In this document: one piece after another, positions 46,278 through 59,720 of the stretch
Position numbering within the stretch: the first letter of the stretch is position 1
Layout: each line of letters starts with the position of its first letter
Assembly: GCF_028641065.1 (NCBI RefSeq)
Contig: NC_073398.1
Coordinates: forward strand, 19,716,001 to 19,780,000
Direction of reading: 5' to 3'
Origin: Leucoraja erinacea
Taxonomy: Eukaryota
DNA: 64,000 nt
Made by a program: the position numbers and the translations under genes
The notes under the pieces: generated by a model
The model's input: the letters and a program-made list of their open reading frames with translations, nothing else
Told to the model about the DNA's origin: nothing
The model's database searches: none

Positions 46278-47989
46278 AGATGATTATTCATGTTGCCCGA
46301 TGAGCCTTTTTTAAAAATCATGGTCAAGGTTACATCCACTGACATGATTCCTGCCTATGAGTGGAATAAATAACTTTGCACTGTTTATGGTGCAACAGTT
46401 GGTGCATGCCAGCTGGTCAAATCCAAGCACAAATGTACAGCTGCGGCACAATGAGCCAACATGACTTTAAGGGGAACACCTGGAGCATCAAATGAATGTC
46501 ATGGCTGATTCACTCTTTAGGCATCTTTAAGCCAGTCAAGTAACCACAAGTTATCATTACACACAGCGATGAATCAGAGATCAAATGTGTTGAAATATCA
46601 TAATGTGGGAAAGAAGGAACAATGGGAGTGAACTGGACTTAAATGCACAGTTCTGTGTAAATATTCTTAAAACACCTTGTGCAAATGTCATTTTAAATGT
46701 CATTTTCTGAACAACATTTGTACACCTGTATACTTTGCTGCCTACATACACACTTTGTGCCACATATTCTTTGCTTTCTTATCCAATTTGGGTTTGCAAA
46801 AGACAAGGTCACATATTTTGTTACTGTACGTTAGCTCTGTGTGTGCAACAGGATTAGTGATTAGAATTGGTGTATTTACTTTTCACATTTTTGAAGAAAA
46901 GGGGAATGTAAATATCCTCGTATAAAAAGACTCAGGTGTAGACGTCATGGGAACCTCAACTCCTTTGATGCTCTTTCAGACCGGGCAGGTACTTCTAGTT
47001 ACATTTCAGTCTTTGTAAGTGGCCTTTGTTCAAACAATGGGAATCTGGAGAAGCTGAAAGATAATGCTCATCCACCCTGGGAAAACCTCGCTTTCATGAT
47101 AATCACCTGGGTCCGCAAAAGCCGCTCAAGATGCGGTTACATCAGCAAAGCTGTAAATGACAAAGTTCCTTGAGGCAAAATAGTCTCTGCATCATATTCA
47201 AGGTGTACTGACTTCAAGGGCAAAAAGTGCAGAAGTATACAGAACAAGAATCTAATTTGTTGTCTGTACCTTGTCATACCTCTAGTTTCTCTCTCACCTG
47301 ACTCTCAGTCTGAAGAAGGGTATCAAATAGGTAATGTTTTGGGTTGATACCCTTCTGTTTACTTCTGCATTTTGTGTCTATCTTTGGTGTAAACCAGCAT
47401 TTGCCGTTCCTTCATACACAGGAATCTAAGCCCATTTATTCTTTGGTTTCTCCTGCACTGGATGGTGGATATTCTACTGCATGGGTGGTCATTGTTGCCA
47501 CACTACAGACATTTTATCAAGACTGAAGTAATGCCATGATGCCCCGTAATAGTACATGTCTTCCTCTGTGTCTGCTGGTCACTCATCATATGGCTCACAT
47601 TTAAAGTGATTCTTCAAACAAAATGAAGAAGATTTGTAAAATGTGTTACTGTAGTCTCACTAAGTTGTAGGTAAAGATATGTGAGTAACTAGATGAATAG
47701 ACAAATCCCTGGCTTCCAACTTTCTATCTTTACTGTTGCTTCAGATTTTGAAAGGCCTTTTCCACAAATTGTTTGGGCATTGCTGAACTCCTCAGCCATC
47801 AGCTGGGCATCCGTTCTTACAGGAACAGGTGTCTGGCTTGTTGATGTGACATTTCCAGCATTCAGTTTACTTTAGTCTAAGTGTGCAGTTGTTGACTTGA
47901 GGAACTTTACAGGCAGAGCATGCAGTTTCTGCCGATTCAGAACATGAACAGTGGGTTGTTCCAAAGCCCCGAGCTTAGAAATTCTATTC

Positions 47990-48262
47990 ATAGACACAAA
48001 GTCCTGAAGTAACTCAGCGGGACAGGCAGCATCCCTGGAGAGAAAGAATGGGTGACGTTTCGGGTCGAGACCCAACATCAGATTGAGTCGGGGAGTAGAA
48101 AATGAGATATGGAAGGGTACAAAGAACATGTACCTTTCATGTTCACAGTAACAGGTACACAGGGTCTGATGAAGGGTTTCAATCCAAAACGTCACTTATT
48201 CCTTCTGTTCAGAGATGTTGCCTGACCCGCTGAATTATTCCAGCATTTTGTATCTATCTTCA
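47990..48262. mobile_element. Penelope-derived fold-back element
   Basis: Inverted arms; ctgatgaagggtttcaatccaaaacgtc variant at about 48166-48193. Confidence 0.7.
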
Positions 48263-48429
48263 ACATGCAAAACATGTTTGGACACCACTTCTGTACAGTT
48301 TCTCACACATGGCTCTGAGGGTAAGCCATTCACAAGCCGCACAGTAGGTTTTCTGGAAGACGTACCTGTACAGGTCAGAATATGTCGAATCTGGAACTTG
48401 GAATCTGGAAGACCACTAGGGGAGTCGGG

Positions 48430-49236
48430 GTGATGGCAGCCCTGCCAGCAGTCTGTTCGTTTTTGCCCTTTTTTGTTATTTTTTAGCGTTTTTAATCTTT
48501 TGTATTTTTAACGTTTATTTGAATGTACTTCGGATTGGGAGCTTTATGTGGGGGATTACCCCTAAACTTCTGGAAGGGGTTTGAGGGGCTTGTCCATCAG
48601 CGGAATTTTTTTTCAGGGGATCAGCGGAATTACCTTTCTACCTTCACGGAAATGGGATCAATTTTCGGATCACATTCTCTGGGCTCTGCGATCTTTCATC
48701 GATGGAGCTGGAGGCCTCCTCGGACTGTCGTGAGCTCCAACGCGGGGCGCGGACTTAACATCAGAGTGGATTCCTACCTGGGATCGCTCCCACCGTGGCC
48801 TGCGTTCTTACCATCAAGGGCTCGCAGTCTCGGGTGAGGCCGAGTCGGGAGCTCCAATGTTGCGGAAGGTTCGACCAGCCCCGACACGAGGTTCGATCGC
48901 CCGGTGCGGGGGAGCTGACAACCACCCGATACAGGAGCTGATCGCCTTGACACAGAGGGCATGAACACCGCCGACTACAGGAGTTAAGATCGTCGCGTCA
49001 ACGGAGAGCTCGAGGCCTCCGACCGAGGAAGAACAAAAGGAAGGACTTGAACTTTATTTTGCCTTCCATCACAGTGAGGAATGTGTAGGAGTCACTGTGG
49101 TGGATGTGTTTTTGAGTCTGTTTCTTTTAATTGTATATCTGACCTGGCCAGTGAAATTCCTCGTATGTTGCAAAACATACTTGGTGAATAAAATCTGATT
49201 CTGATTCTAATTCTGATTCTGATTCTGATTCTGAAC
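48430..49236 (+). mobile_element. GC-rich non-autonomous retroposon with (GATTCT)n tail
   Basis: Core ttgccttccatcacagtgaggaa...ctgtggtggatgt; stem-loop gtatgtt-gcaa-aacatac; aataaa; (gattct)n. Confidence 0.7.
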
Positions 49237-49444
49237 TTAGAACCATAAGCAATTATATCTCCTTTAAGCATTTCCCTCTCTATCTCTGTGGCTCTCTCAC
49301 ACACTGCCTACCTGTGTCACAGCTCAAACATTACTAAACACCTCCCCAGCAGTCATCTGCAGTCCTGCTCACAACACAACATCCCAACCTGATGCTCATC
49401 TTGATTGCACCACCTCGGTCTCTCTCCACTGTGACCATCACACT

Positions 49445-49895
49445 CAGTAGGTTAAGATATGATGAGCGTTTGTTGGCACTGGGCCTGCTGGAGTTAAGAA
49501 GAATGAGGGGGGACCTCATTGAAGTGTACAAAATAGTGAAAGGCTTGGATTGAGTGGATGTGAAGAGGATGTTTCCACTGGTGGGAGAGTCTATGACTAG
49601 AGGTCATAGCCTCATAAATAAAGGACATTCTTTTAGGAAGGAGGAGGAATGTCTTTAGTCAGAGGGTGGTGAATCTGTGGAATTATTTGCATAGAGGGCT
49701 GTGGAGGCAAAGTCAGTGGATATATTTAAGGCAGAGATAGATAGATTCTTGATTTGTATGCGTGTCCGAAGTTATCGGGAGAAAGCAGGAGAATGAGGTT
49801 AGGAGGGAGAGATAGATCAGCCATGATTGAATGGTGGAGTAGAATTGACGGGCTGAATGAACTAATTCACTCCTATCACTTATGATCCTATGATC
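49445..49895 (+). mobile_element. CR1/HER1 LINE 3' end
   Basis: LRYDERLLALGL..RRMRGDLIEVYKIVKGLD..., UTR and (cttatgat) tail. Confidence 0.88.
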
Positions 49896-50496
49896 ATTCC
49901 ACCATGACAAATGGTATACCTGACCAATTAGCCATTGTGCACAGTAGAGTTTTGTAACGGTGGGGAACCTACACAAAACATTGTCTGACCCAATCTGGTT
50001 TAATGTGCCTTTCCCAGCGTGAAATAATTTCTTGCCCCCTAGTGTTTAAGTTTCCAGAATAAATCCTGGAAAGTTCACTTGTTATTTATGGGCAGCTGCA
50101 GAGAATTCAAAAGAGTAGACGGGAGAAAAGGAATAGGTCAGGAAATAAGCTTCCGTTTCTGTGTTCAGCTGAGATCACTGAGAATTTTACATCCACATAC
50201 CCAGGAGAATGACACTATACCATCCACCATTGCCAGCTTTGTTCTTCCCGCCTCAGCCTGTCAGCCCACGGTTGTACATTCCTACCACTTTCAATCAAGC
50301 AATGTCCCTGGTTTCTTGCAAAAAAATCTCTTGCTGCTTTTTTGAAGATAAAGTAGGATGCTTTTTCTTGGAGAATTGAATTATTTTAAAGCTACCCACA
50401 TAAATGCACTGGCCATCTATCCCTTTGCTTGTTGAGGGACTTTGATGGGTGGAAAGAGGCTGCCAGTTTTTCTCATGTAACCAAGGTAACTAATAG

Positions 50497-51536
50497 TAGC
50501 AATGTTACAAAATTTTGAGATTTAAAAAATCAAGTCTGTAATTTATCCCATCAGATAAAGCATAAAAATAAGTTTAATTTGACACCTAATTCACTTTCAT
50601 ATCTCAAGTATTTAAAAAGTTATGGCCATTTTCATACTCGGAAATTAGCATCTTGTTCCCTATTGATTTTCTATGGACATAACAAAAAAGCTGTGATCAT
50701 GGACAGTCAAAAGGTCATAACCTTCTTAAAAATTAAGAGAACTGAATGAAATTTTCAGTTATCGTAGATTGAACCATTCTGAAACAAACATAAAATAATC
50801 TAACTTGGATGACCTGAAATTAAAGCATATAATTAGTTAGTTACCCAAGTGTAGCAAATTTCAAACTTCAATTACTAGATCTAAACATCTATCTATTTCT
50901 TAATAAATGATTAACATTTTTAAATAGCCCAAGTGTCCAAATAATATTCATAAATAATTCACAATAAAACATGATTTTTAAATCTCATTTACATCAATTT
51001 ATAGGCCAAATGGAAGGAATTTAGTGTTCAATTGCTGTAAATTAAAGTAAATTTTAAATCGGCTTTCTAGTGGGTTCCTGTGAACGTGCTGGTTTAGAAC
51101 GTTCACATTGCGTTGGATTTATGCCCTCAAATGCCCAGAACAATACTGCGGGATATAAAAAGCCCAAAATGAGCTACCCGCTATAGAAAACTTGTAATAC
51201 AAGGTTCTTAAGAAGCCCCTTTTAATGTAAAAATAAGGTACATACCTTTAATTGTTTGCTTTATAAAACCCTGGGGCTGCGAGAGGTCGCGGGTTTAGAG
51301 AGTGATTTTTAAACTACTATAACTATTATACAAGGCCATAAAAACTAATAATACCTTTTGCGATGGGGTCTTTCAGCGATTTTTCGTTAATGATTTACTA
51401 GGCTGAACATTTTCGATTGCAACAGCCTAGTAAAAATCACGTTTTAAACCCGCCCCCTCTAAACAGCGCCAAAATCGCGCACACGGGGTGGGGCAGATTC
51501 TCAGACACGATTCAGGTAGGTTTTGTAACATACCTA
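50497..51536. mobile_element. Unclassified non-autonomous TIR DNA transposon
   Basis: Imperfect TIR (ag)tagcaatgttacaaaa / ttttgtaacataccta(ct); flanking direct repeat ctaatag (50490-50496, 51537-51543). Confidence 0.75.
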
Positions 51537-51639
51537 CTAATAGGGTTTGGATTTGTTTCGGAAACTCTATGAGGATGTGCAAAAACTATATATAAAAGAC
51601 AGTTCTTTCTTTTCTCTTCTCTACACCTGTTGCCAAATG

Positions 51640-51965
51640 TGGCAGCACGGTGGCACAGCGGTAGAGTTGCTGCCTTACAGCGCTCGCAGCGCCGGAGACC
51701 CGGGTTCGATCCCGACTATGGGTGCTGTCCGTACGAAGTTTGTACATTCTCCCCGTGACCTGCATGGGTTTTCTCTGAGATCTTTGGTTTCCTCCCACAA
51801 TCCAAAGACATACAGGTTTGTAGATTAATTGGCTTGGTATAAGTGTAAATTGTTCCTAGTTTGTGTAAGACAGTGTTAATGGGTGGGGATCGCTGGTCGG
51901 CGCGGACTCGGTGGGCAGAATGGTCTGTTTCCGTGCTGTATCTCTAAACTAAACTAAACTAAACA
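51640..51965 (+). mobile_element. HE1-type V-SINE, full length
   Basis: ggcagcacggtggcacagcggtagagttgctgcc, B box ggttcgatccc, (taaac)n tail. Confidence 0.9.
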
Positions 51966-52609
51966 ATAAAAATATCTTTGCCGAATAATAATCAATAGAA
52001 GAGCATGGGTTTAATTAAAATGTGAAACCAGTGACAAGAAAATCCCTCCACTAGTGAACTTGGACAATTTTAGCCCAAAAGTAATACCAATTCACAGGCA
52101 CTTCTGTAAAGAAAGCATCAATCAACTTGATGTCCTTTTTGTAGAAAACACTACCAAGAGGATCACTGTATTGCAATAGTTAAAACTCCTTGCAAATATT
52201 TACTCTGATTTTCCTGCAATGGTGATAGCAACAAAAAGCACCATATATATAAAGCATCATTCATCACATCAGCCTGTCTGATAATAAACTATTCCAAAGT
52301 TCCTGCATTTCTTCCAGGAGTATTCCAGATCATTTATGGCAGTGAGGCTAAAGCAAGGCAGCCATTGTGTTGATTCCCTTGCTTGTGGTGAATGTTTCTA
52401 TGTTGTGCAGGAAATGAATGTTCTGAAATTATATGACATTATTATTGCCCTTTATAAGGCATGATTAACACCATGAAGAAATATTATCATACCTCTGGCC
52501 ATTGTAATCTCAAATTGATGGCCTAAAATAACTCTGTACTGCCAGTGACCATTGCAAACCAGATGCTGACATTCTGGGAGAATTTCTGGATGTCTTGCCA
52601 ACAGTCGCA

Positions 52610-53346
52610 ATTGCCGTCTCGCCATCAGTCTGTCTCGTCCTTTTCTTCTTTGTTGTTTTTTACTAAGTGTTAAATGTATGTTTTAGTGTTGTTTTGCTTA
52701 TTTTATGTGGGGTGTGGGGGGTTGGGGGAAACTTTTCTAATCTCTAACCTCGACGGAGTGCAATTTTTTTTCTGTATTGTTTCTTCGTCGGCTCTGCGGT
52801 CGAACATCGTGGAGCTGGCGGCCTCTGCTGGAGGCCGACTTTGGGACCTCCAACTGCAGGAGCCTGCAGGACATAACATCATGGAGCTGGTGGTGCCTGG
52901 CAGGGATCGATCTCGGAACTCCAACCATAGGAGTCTGCGGACTTTAACGTTGTGGTGCTTGCGGTCCCTGGTTAGAGACCGACTTCGGGAGCTCCAAGCC
53001 GCAGGAGCTTCGACTGCTCCAACGCGGGGCCTTTGACCGGCCTGAAGCATGAGCTTCGATCGCCCCAACGCGGGGGCTTCAATCGTTGGCTTCAGGAACT
53101 TCGATCGTCCTGACTGAGGATGATTCAATTGCCCTGACCGTGGGAGAATAATGAGGAAGAAGATTAGACTTTATTGCCTTCCATCACAGTGAGGAACGTG
53201 GGGAATCCGCTGTGGTGGATGTTTATGTTAACCTTTAGGTAATTGTGTGTCTTATTGCTTTTATTTTTGTATGGCAGTATGGTAATTCGAGTTTCACTAT
53301 TCCTTAATTGGTGCATGTGACAATAAACTAACCTTTGGACCTTTGA
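52610..53346 (+). mobile_element. GC-rich non-autonomous retroposon with Rex1-type tail
   Basis: Colinear with 19430-20430; gagcttcgatcg repeats; gtgacaataaa then (acctttg)n. Confidence 0.72.
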
Positions 53347-53599
53347 TCCTATGAAAATAAAATTTGGCAAGAAACAATGCATGGCCTAAATTATCATCGA
53401 ATTTAGGTACAGTGTCTTGACAAGCACTTTAAGCTCCCCAGCCTTTCATAATGTTTATTGAACCTTGTATTTTTCATCATCTTTCCCATTTATAGTCCCC
53501 ACTCACCTCAGCTGCAATTTGCTCTCCCCCCCCCCCCACCCATTCCAATCCTAACGTTCACAACTATCCCACTCCCATTCCTGCCCTCATGCCTTTGTG

Positions 53600-53895
53600 A
53601 CTGCACAGTGGCCCAGCTGGTAGAGTTGCTGCCTCACAGTGCCCGAGACCTGGGTTCCATCCTGGACTTGGGTGTTGTCTGTGTGGAGTTTGCACGTTCT
53701 CCCTGTGATCATGTGGGTTTCCTCCAGCTTCCTCCCACATCCCAAAGACGTGTGGGTTTGTCGGTTAATTGGCGCCGGTTTTGTATTTACCCTATTTTGT
53801 AGGGAATGGGACAACATAGAACTGGTGGGAATCAGTGATCGATGGTTAGCATGTACTTGGTGGGTTGAAGGGCCTGTTTCCATGTTGTATCACAG
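53600..53895 (+). mobile_element. HE1-type SINE
   Basis: cacagtggcccagctggtagagttgctgcctcacagtgcc...gaagggcctgtttccatgttgtat. Confidence 0.8.
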
Positions 53896-54268
53896 TTCAA
53901 AGACCCAGTCATGACTTTTCCATAACATTATTTGTTTTAAGGCTCCCTGTCCCTTAGGGAAAGATAATTTATTCACGAGTGTTTCATTCTGACTTTCATT
54001 TTTTTAATATAAATTCACACTGAGCCCTGCTCTCTATTTACTACTTTGAATAGATATTTATGAAATAAGTGGAACATACATTAAAAATTGAATGGCTGGC
54101 CTGAATGTAATTTCTCAAACATACTGTGACGGATGTTGCTGAATGTTGGTTAAAAGAGCTGAAACTTCAAATTTTATTCTTAGGCTAGAAATGTCTAGGC
54201 TGAGAAATTATTCCACATAGTGTAATATTTATGCAGCTCACTCAATAGAATTATCTTGGAAAACTGAT

Positions 54269-54577
54269 CACAGTGGCGCAGCGGCAGAGTTGCTGCCTTA
54301 CAGCACTTGCAGTGACATAGACCTAGGTTCAATCCCGACTATGGGTGCTGTCTGTGCGGAGTTTTACGTTCTTCCCGTGACCACATGGGTTTTCTCCGAG
54401 ATCTTCAGTTTCCTCCCACACTCCAAAGACGTACAGGTTTGTAGGTTAATTGGCCTGGTATACATGTAAAAATGCCCTTAGTGTAGGATAGAGTTAATGC
54501 GCAGGGATCGCTGGTCAATGCAGACTCGGTGGGCCGAAAGGCCTTTTTCCACACTGTATCTCTAACCAAAGCTAAAG
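54269..54577 (+). mobile_element. HE1-type V-SINE
   Basis: cacagtggcgcagcggcagagttgctgcc, ggttcaatccc, tail ctgtatctctaa. Confidence 0.88.
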
Positions 54578-55004
54578 TTGATTGGGTACATTAGGGATGG
54601 TATCCAAATAAAGATGCATTGTTTCTGGGCTCCAGGTGCAAATGCAGTACTTTTCTGGGAGGATCCATATGTATGTGTACAATGGTGCACCATATATGTT
54701 GGGGTGGTATTTCCCGGTACAAAGTACGGTTGGCCACATCTAGCTTATAAACAGTGCAAACCACTAATACAGTAGCGGGTCTGTATGGCACATGTGTAAA
54801 ACAGTCCAAAGAAGGATCTCAACCCAATATGTCACCTGTGAAATATTCTTCAGAGATGCAGTCTGATTTGCTGATGTACTTTGTGTCCTTTTGGCACATG
54901 TGCAGCCTGCATAGGTGAGGCACAACTGGAATTTGTTTGACCAGATCCAAAGCTGAGGATACCAGTAACTGTAATGGACCACAGGCAGAACCACTTTAAG
55001 TTAT

Positions 55005-55292
55005 AGTTATTTGTGGAAGGACATTCTTGCTATTAAGGGAGTGCAGCGTAGTTTCACGAGGTTAATTCCCGGGTTGGCGTGACTGTCATATGAGGTAAGA
55101 ATGGGACGACTTGTATGCACTGGAATTTAGAAGGATGAGAGGATATCCAATAGAAACATATAAAATAATTAAGGGATTGGACACAGTAGATGCAGGAAAC
55201 ATGTTCCTGATAGACAATAGACAATAGACAGTAGGTGTAGTAGTAGGCCATTCAGCCCTTCGAGCCAGCACCGTCATTCAATGTGATCATGG
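55005..55292. mobile_element. CR1 fragments in opposite orientations
   Basis: Plus strand VQRSFTRLIPG...LEFRRMRG.PIETYKIIKGLD; minus-strand 3' tail from about 55210. Confidence 0.75.
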
Positions 55293-55549
55293 CGTGCACA
55301 GCCTAAAGTTGTTGGACAACTTGTTCTATTTGATCTTCCGTTTGTGCACGTCGAGTTGATTGCATTCGTCGAAAACAGGGCAGACCACGCACGGGTTGCA
55401 TTCTTCCACCCCCCAGAGGGAGTTCCAGCATTGAAACTCAAACAATGCTGAAGAAATGATGAGTCAGGTTAATTTGCAACTGAAAGGGGAAGATGCATGA
55501 GGACATGATCCATGCAACTTGTGCCCTTGTCCTTCTTCCCAAGTTCGCA

Positions 55550-55972
55550 AATTACAGGAGTAGAATTAGGCCATTCGGCCCATTGAGTCAAATCCGCCAT
55601 TCAATCATGGCTGATCTCTGCCTCCTAATCCCATTTTCTGCCTTCTCCCCATAACCTTTGACACCCGTTGTAATCAAGAATGTGTCTATCTCTGCCATAA
55701 AAATATCCACTGACTTGGCCTCCACAGCCCTCTGTGGCAATGAGTTCCACAGATTTACTACCCTCTGACTAAAGAACTTCTTCCTCACCTCCTTTCTAAA
55801 AGAGCCCCCTTTAATTCTGAGGCAATTACATCTGATCCTAGACTCTCCCACCAGTGGAACTATCCTTTCCGCATCCTCTCTATCTATGCCTTTCATTATT
55901 CTGTAAGTTTGAATGAGATCCCCCCTCAACCTAAACTCCAGCGAGTAGAGGCCCAGTGCTGTCAAACGCTCT
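55550..55972 (-). mobile_element. CR1/HER1 LINE ORF2 C-terminus and UTR
   Basis: ERLTALGLYSLEFRLRGDLIQTYRIMKGIDR...FFSQRVVNLWNSLP. Confidence 0.92.
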
Positions 55973-56948
55973 TGGATTTGGGAGTAGCTCTTGGAGAAAC
56001 CAGGATGAGTAACTACAGTGCATTCTGGAGATAGCAGCAAAGGTGCACTGTGGTGGTGGAAACAAATATTTAAGTTGGATGGTGCACCAAGTAAGCAGGG
56101 TGCTTTCTCTTTTTAGTGTATAGCGATTCCTGAGAGCTATTAGATATGTATTCATCCAGCCAAGCAGAGTGTCAAGTATACTTTATTTGGGCTTTGTACA
56201 TAGTGGAGTGATCTCAGTGAGTAGGGAGGGAAGTCATGGGTGACAGGATCCCAAGATCTGCCCTTTCAGCCACAACACTAATGGGGCTCGTCCAGATGAG
56301 TGGCAACAACTAGCATATTGATTGTTTAGAAAGCAAAACAATAATGCAATGTACATCAGTGGCAGGTGGTCAGATTCTGTCTAGTTGGCGATGGCCATTG
56401 TCTGCAGATGGAGATGGCCATAAATGTCACGTTTTTACAAATTAACGATTGTTCAGGTTTTGCTGCATGCAGGGATGGACTATTTTATTTACTGCAGAGC
56501 TGTGAGTGGTATTGAATATAGTGCAATCATCCATCGGTGAACATTCTCTCTTCATGCCTAACTGTGGAAGGAAAGTTATCGAGGAATCACTGAGTGCATT
56601 GCTCTGCAGAGCTGTGAACAATGGTGTTCTGCCTACCCAGTTGCCCATTGCTGAATGGCTCTTTCAGGCTACACATCGCTAGATGGCAAGAAGCTTATAT
56701 GTGACACCAACCTCCACTCCCATTACAATGCCCACCCACAGTGGCCATGACTTGTGGTACTTTTCCCTTTCTGAATGAAATTCTGACCTACGACAATCCC
56801 TGATCTCTCCCACTGTCCCCCAACTACAACAATTGCATAATGGAAGGATGACGCACCGAGGCCTTTTGTGTGTGTTCAGGGTGTTTAAGCTGTTTACTGT
56901 TGTGCATCGTGCCTTGAGGCTCTTGTGAATTTTACTTCAGGAGGCTAA

Positions 56949-57745
56949 AGGGGCTGTCCCACTGTGGCGACCTAATCCGCGAGTTAAGAAGAATGCCTTC
57001 GACCTTCAAGCTCGAGGGCACTCGCCTGGAAAACCTCAAGCTGGATCGACCGTGCGCATTGAAACCGCGAGGTGGATCAACCGACTGCACACACACACAG
57101 ACACACACACAAACACACCGCAAAGGCAGGGGCCAGGGAAAGCGGGGGAGTGCTGTCTGCAATTCACACCCGCGATGAAGAGGAAGGTAAACGGCTGCCA
57201 CAGTGTACGGTAAGTCCTTTAGAGAGGGCGGAGGAGGGAAGAGAACGGGAGAGAAGGGGAGAGAGGGGGAGAGAAAGGGATAAAGGGGGGAAGAAAAGGA
57301 GAGAGAAGGAGAGAGAAGGGGGGAGAGAAGGAATGGATACACTTTAAAGAAGTACAATAAAGTTTAGCGTGCATTTTACCTACCGGTCGGTTTTCCCTGG
57401 TCCTGAAAACTCCAATGAGTCGATCAAAATGCCCGGTCAACAAAGGAGATTCCCTACGGCTGCCCTCGGCTGCCTGTAACTAAATAGCGACCCCACTCCA
57501 CTGCACTACGAGTCAAAAAGAACCATGCCGACCAAATTTTACCCGCAGAAAGGTTTTCACCATGCTGAAACTTTTTCTGCGACCTAGCTGAGGCCACGAG
57601 TATTCAGGAACTTCCCTCGAGCGAAGGAGAGTTCCAGTGACTTTATAGGACCTGCAAGGACCTCGTGTCGACCATGCTGCGAGTTTGAGTCGAGGGCGAG
57701 CTTGTACAAACTCGCAGATTAGACCGTCGCAGTGGGACAGCCCCT
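56949..57745. mobile_element. PIF/Harbinger-like non-autonomous DNA transposon
   Basis: TIR aggggctgtcccactgtggcg / cgtcgcagtgggacagcccct; flanks TAA and TTA. Confidence 0.85.
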
Positions 57746-59588
57746 TTACATTTAAAATGTGCACCAGTCCACCATGTATCACCTATTTGATGCACCTTTC
57801 CCAGGAACAGAACAATGAATTCCTAATTCTCTTTTGGTCTGATTTTTATTTGCTTATTTTAACCCGTTTTTCTGTGGATATTTCCCAACACGATTCACAG
57901 GAAACCTTAGAACAGTTTCGTCGGCAGCATTGAAACAGGAAAGGCTCTGTCTCCAGACCTCCCTTCAGTGCCCTCGCAAATTCCAGGCCTAACCCTCTGC
58001 ATATAAAATAAGCTGGACAAAAATCATCCTCCGGTAATCTCATCCTGTTCGCTGATCATTCTTGGTCTGTGGTTCCATTGCAAAACAGTCTTAATTACAG
58101 CCTTTTCAGTCCCAAGACTAAAATTCTCAAGAGTGTCAGTTTCTATTTCTAAGTATCTGACAAATGAGCTCCTTAAAGTGAATTAATGAGGGCATCAATG
58201 CTTCGAAGTAAGGCCATAGATCGCTGCATCGTATTGAATTACCACGTTAAGGGATTTCCAGCCAGTGCAAACAACTAGTCGCATTAAAATGTATGTTGAC
58301 TAACTCTGGACAAAATAAAAATTAAATCAGAATTGAAGATTGGACAGCTAGTCAGGCTCCGAAACACATCGAGATATACTGATGTGGTATCGGCAAGCTG
58401 GCAGGGGTTAAACTTTTCTAATTCGGTTTTAAAAGTGAAGAGAAGAACACTGCTTCAGTCACACATTCAACTTCTCCGAGCAGTTACATTTTGTTGCCAG
58501 GAACAGCAATCACATTAATAAACCACGTATCCAAATTATTAATGAAGACCATGGTTAGGGCTGCCACGGGGTGTACAATACATCCTGTAACTGGTCGGTA
58601 ATAACAAGTCCCAAACAGCAAACACATTTAGCATGTCATTTAAAAGCAATCAGTGAATGCCTTATAAAGTCAATAAATCACACCATTACCAGGACTATTT
58701 TTCAAGCTAAGAAAAATTAGAGTAAAAACTGGCTTGGGTGCAGGAGATTCTCATCATCATTAATTGTAATGGGGATGGGGAAAGATACAATCACTGCAGG
58801 AAAGCGGGTCAAAATTCACTGAAAAGTCAAGTGTGGTGCCATGAATGGGGTGAGCCACTCTATGAAGAATTTCATCCGTTTTTGCAACTGTTCACAACTC
58901 CTTTCATTGTAAACGCATTGTCGCAGGTTATAAGGAAAATATGAGTCATAATACCAGAGGAGCCATTATATCCCAGCTGCTGCATATGCGTTGCTTGCAA
59001 ACTCATTGATGTGCACTAATAATTCACCATTTCTCAACCAAGAAATAAGAGTTGGTATTTGCCGCCTGTGGCAGCCACTGAGTTAATTGCTGTTAATTGC
59101 AGCAATGCTGTTGTCGATGGCTACCCTCTTTCACTGATTTTGTTGTTGGTTAATCACCGAATATGTCCATTATCTGGCAGGTAGCAACACATTTTAAGAT
59201 ATGCAAAGGGTTTAAAAGGTAGACATATGTCGGGTGTCCCTGCCAAAGCGTTATTTTATGCTGGTGACTGAAAGCACCTTATACGATGTGGACCAAATAC
59301 CAAAGCTGCTGATGCTGCAAATCTGGAATCTGAAATGAAAACGGAAAACGTTTGAACTTTAGAGTATCCCCCATCATTTTGTGCTTTTATTTCTTCTCCC
59401 GCAGCCTGCCCCTCACTTCCCAACATACAGATTAATTTCATATGCATTTGTTCACAGAATTTGGACATCATTAACAATGCACTCATTTATTGTCCATTCT
59501 AATTGGCAAAGACCTGAGCAGTTAAGAGTTACCCATGTGGGTGTATTAACCATGTGGGTAATCTAGTCAAAATAAACGCCGAATATAA

Positions 59589-59720
59589 TGTAGGAAGGAA
59601 CTGCAGATGCTGGTTTAAACCAAAGATAGACATAAAAAGCTGGAGTAACACAAAGGGTCAGGCAGCATCTCTGGAAAAAAGAAATAGTTGTTGTTTCAGG
59701 TTGAGACCCTTCTTCAGATT
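59589..59720 (-). mobile_element. Penelope-derived pLTR arm
   Basis: tgtaggaaggaactgcagatgctggtttaaacc...cccttcttcaga. Confidence 0.7.

Noticed and set aside
54578-54994. Overlapping short ORFs in unique sequence
   Set aside because: No domain motifs or splice support; length expected by chance.
55293-55413. Possible DNA-transposon end
   Set aside because: Only one putative terminus is visible, with no partner TIR or TSD, so it cannot be supported.
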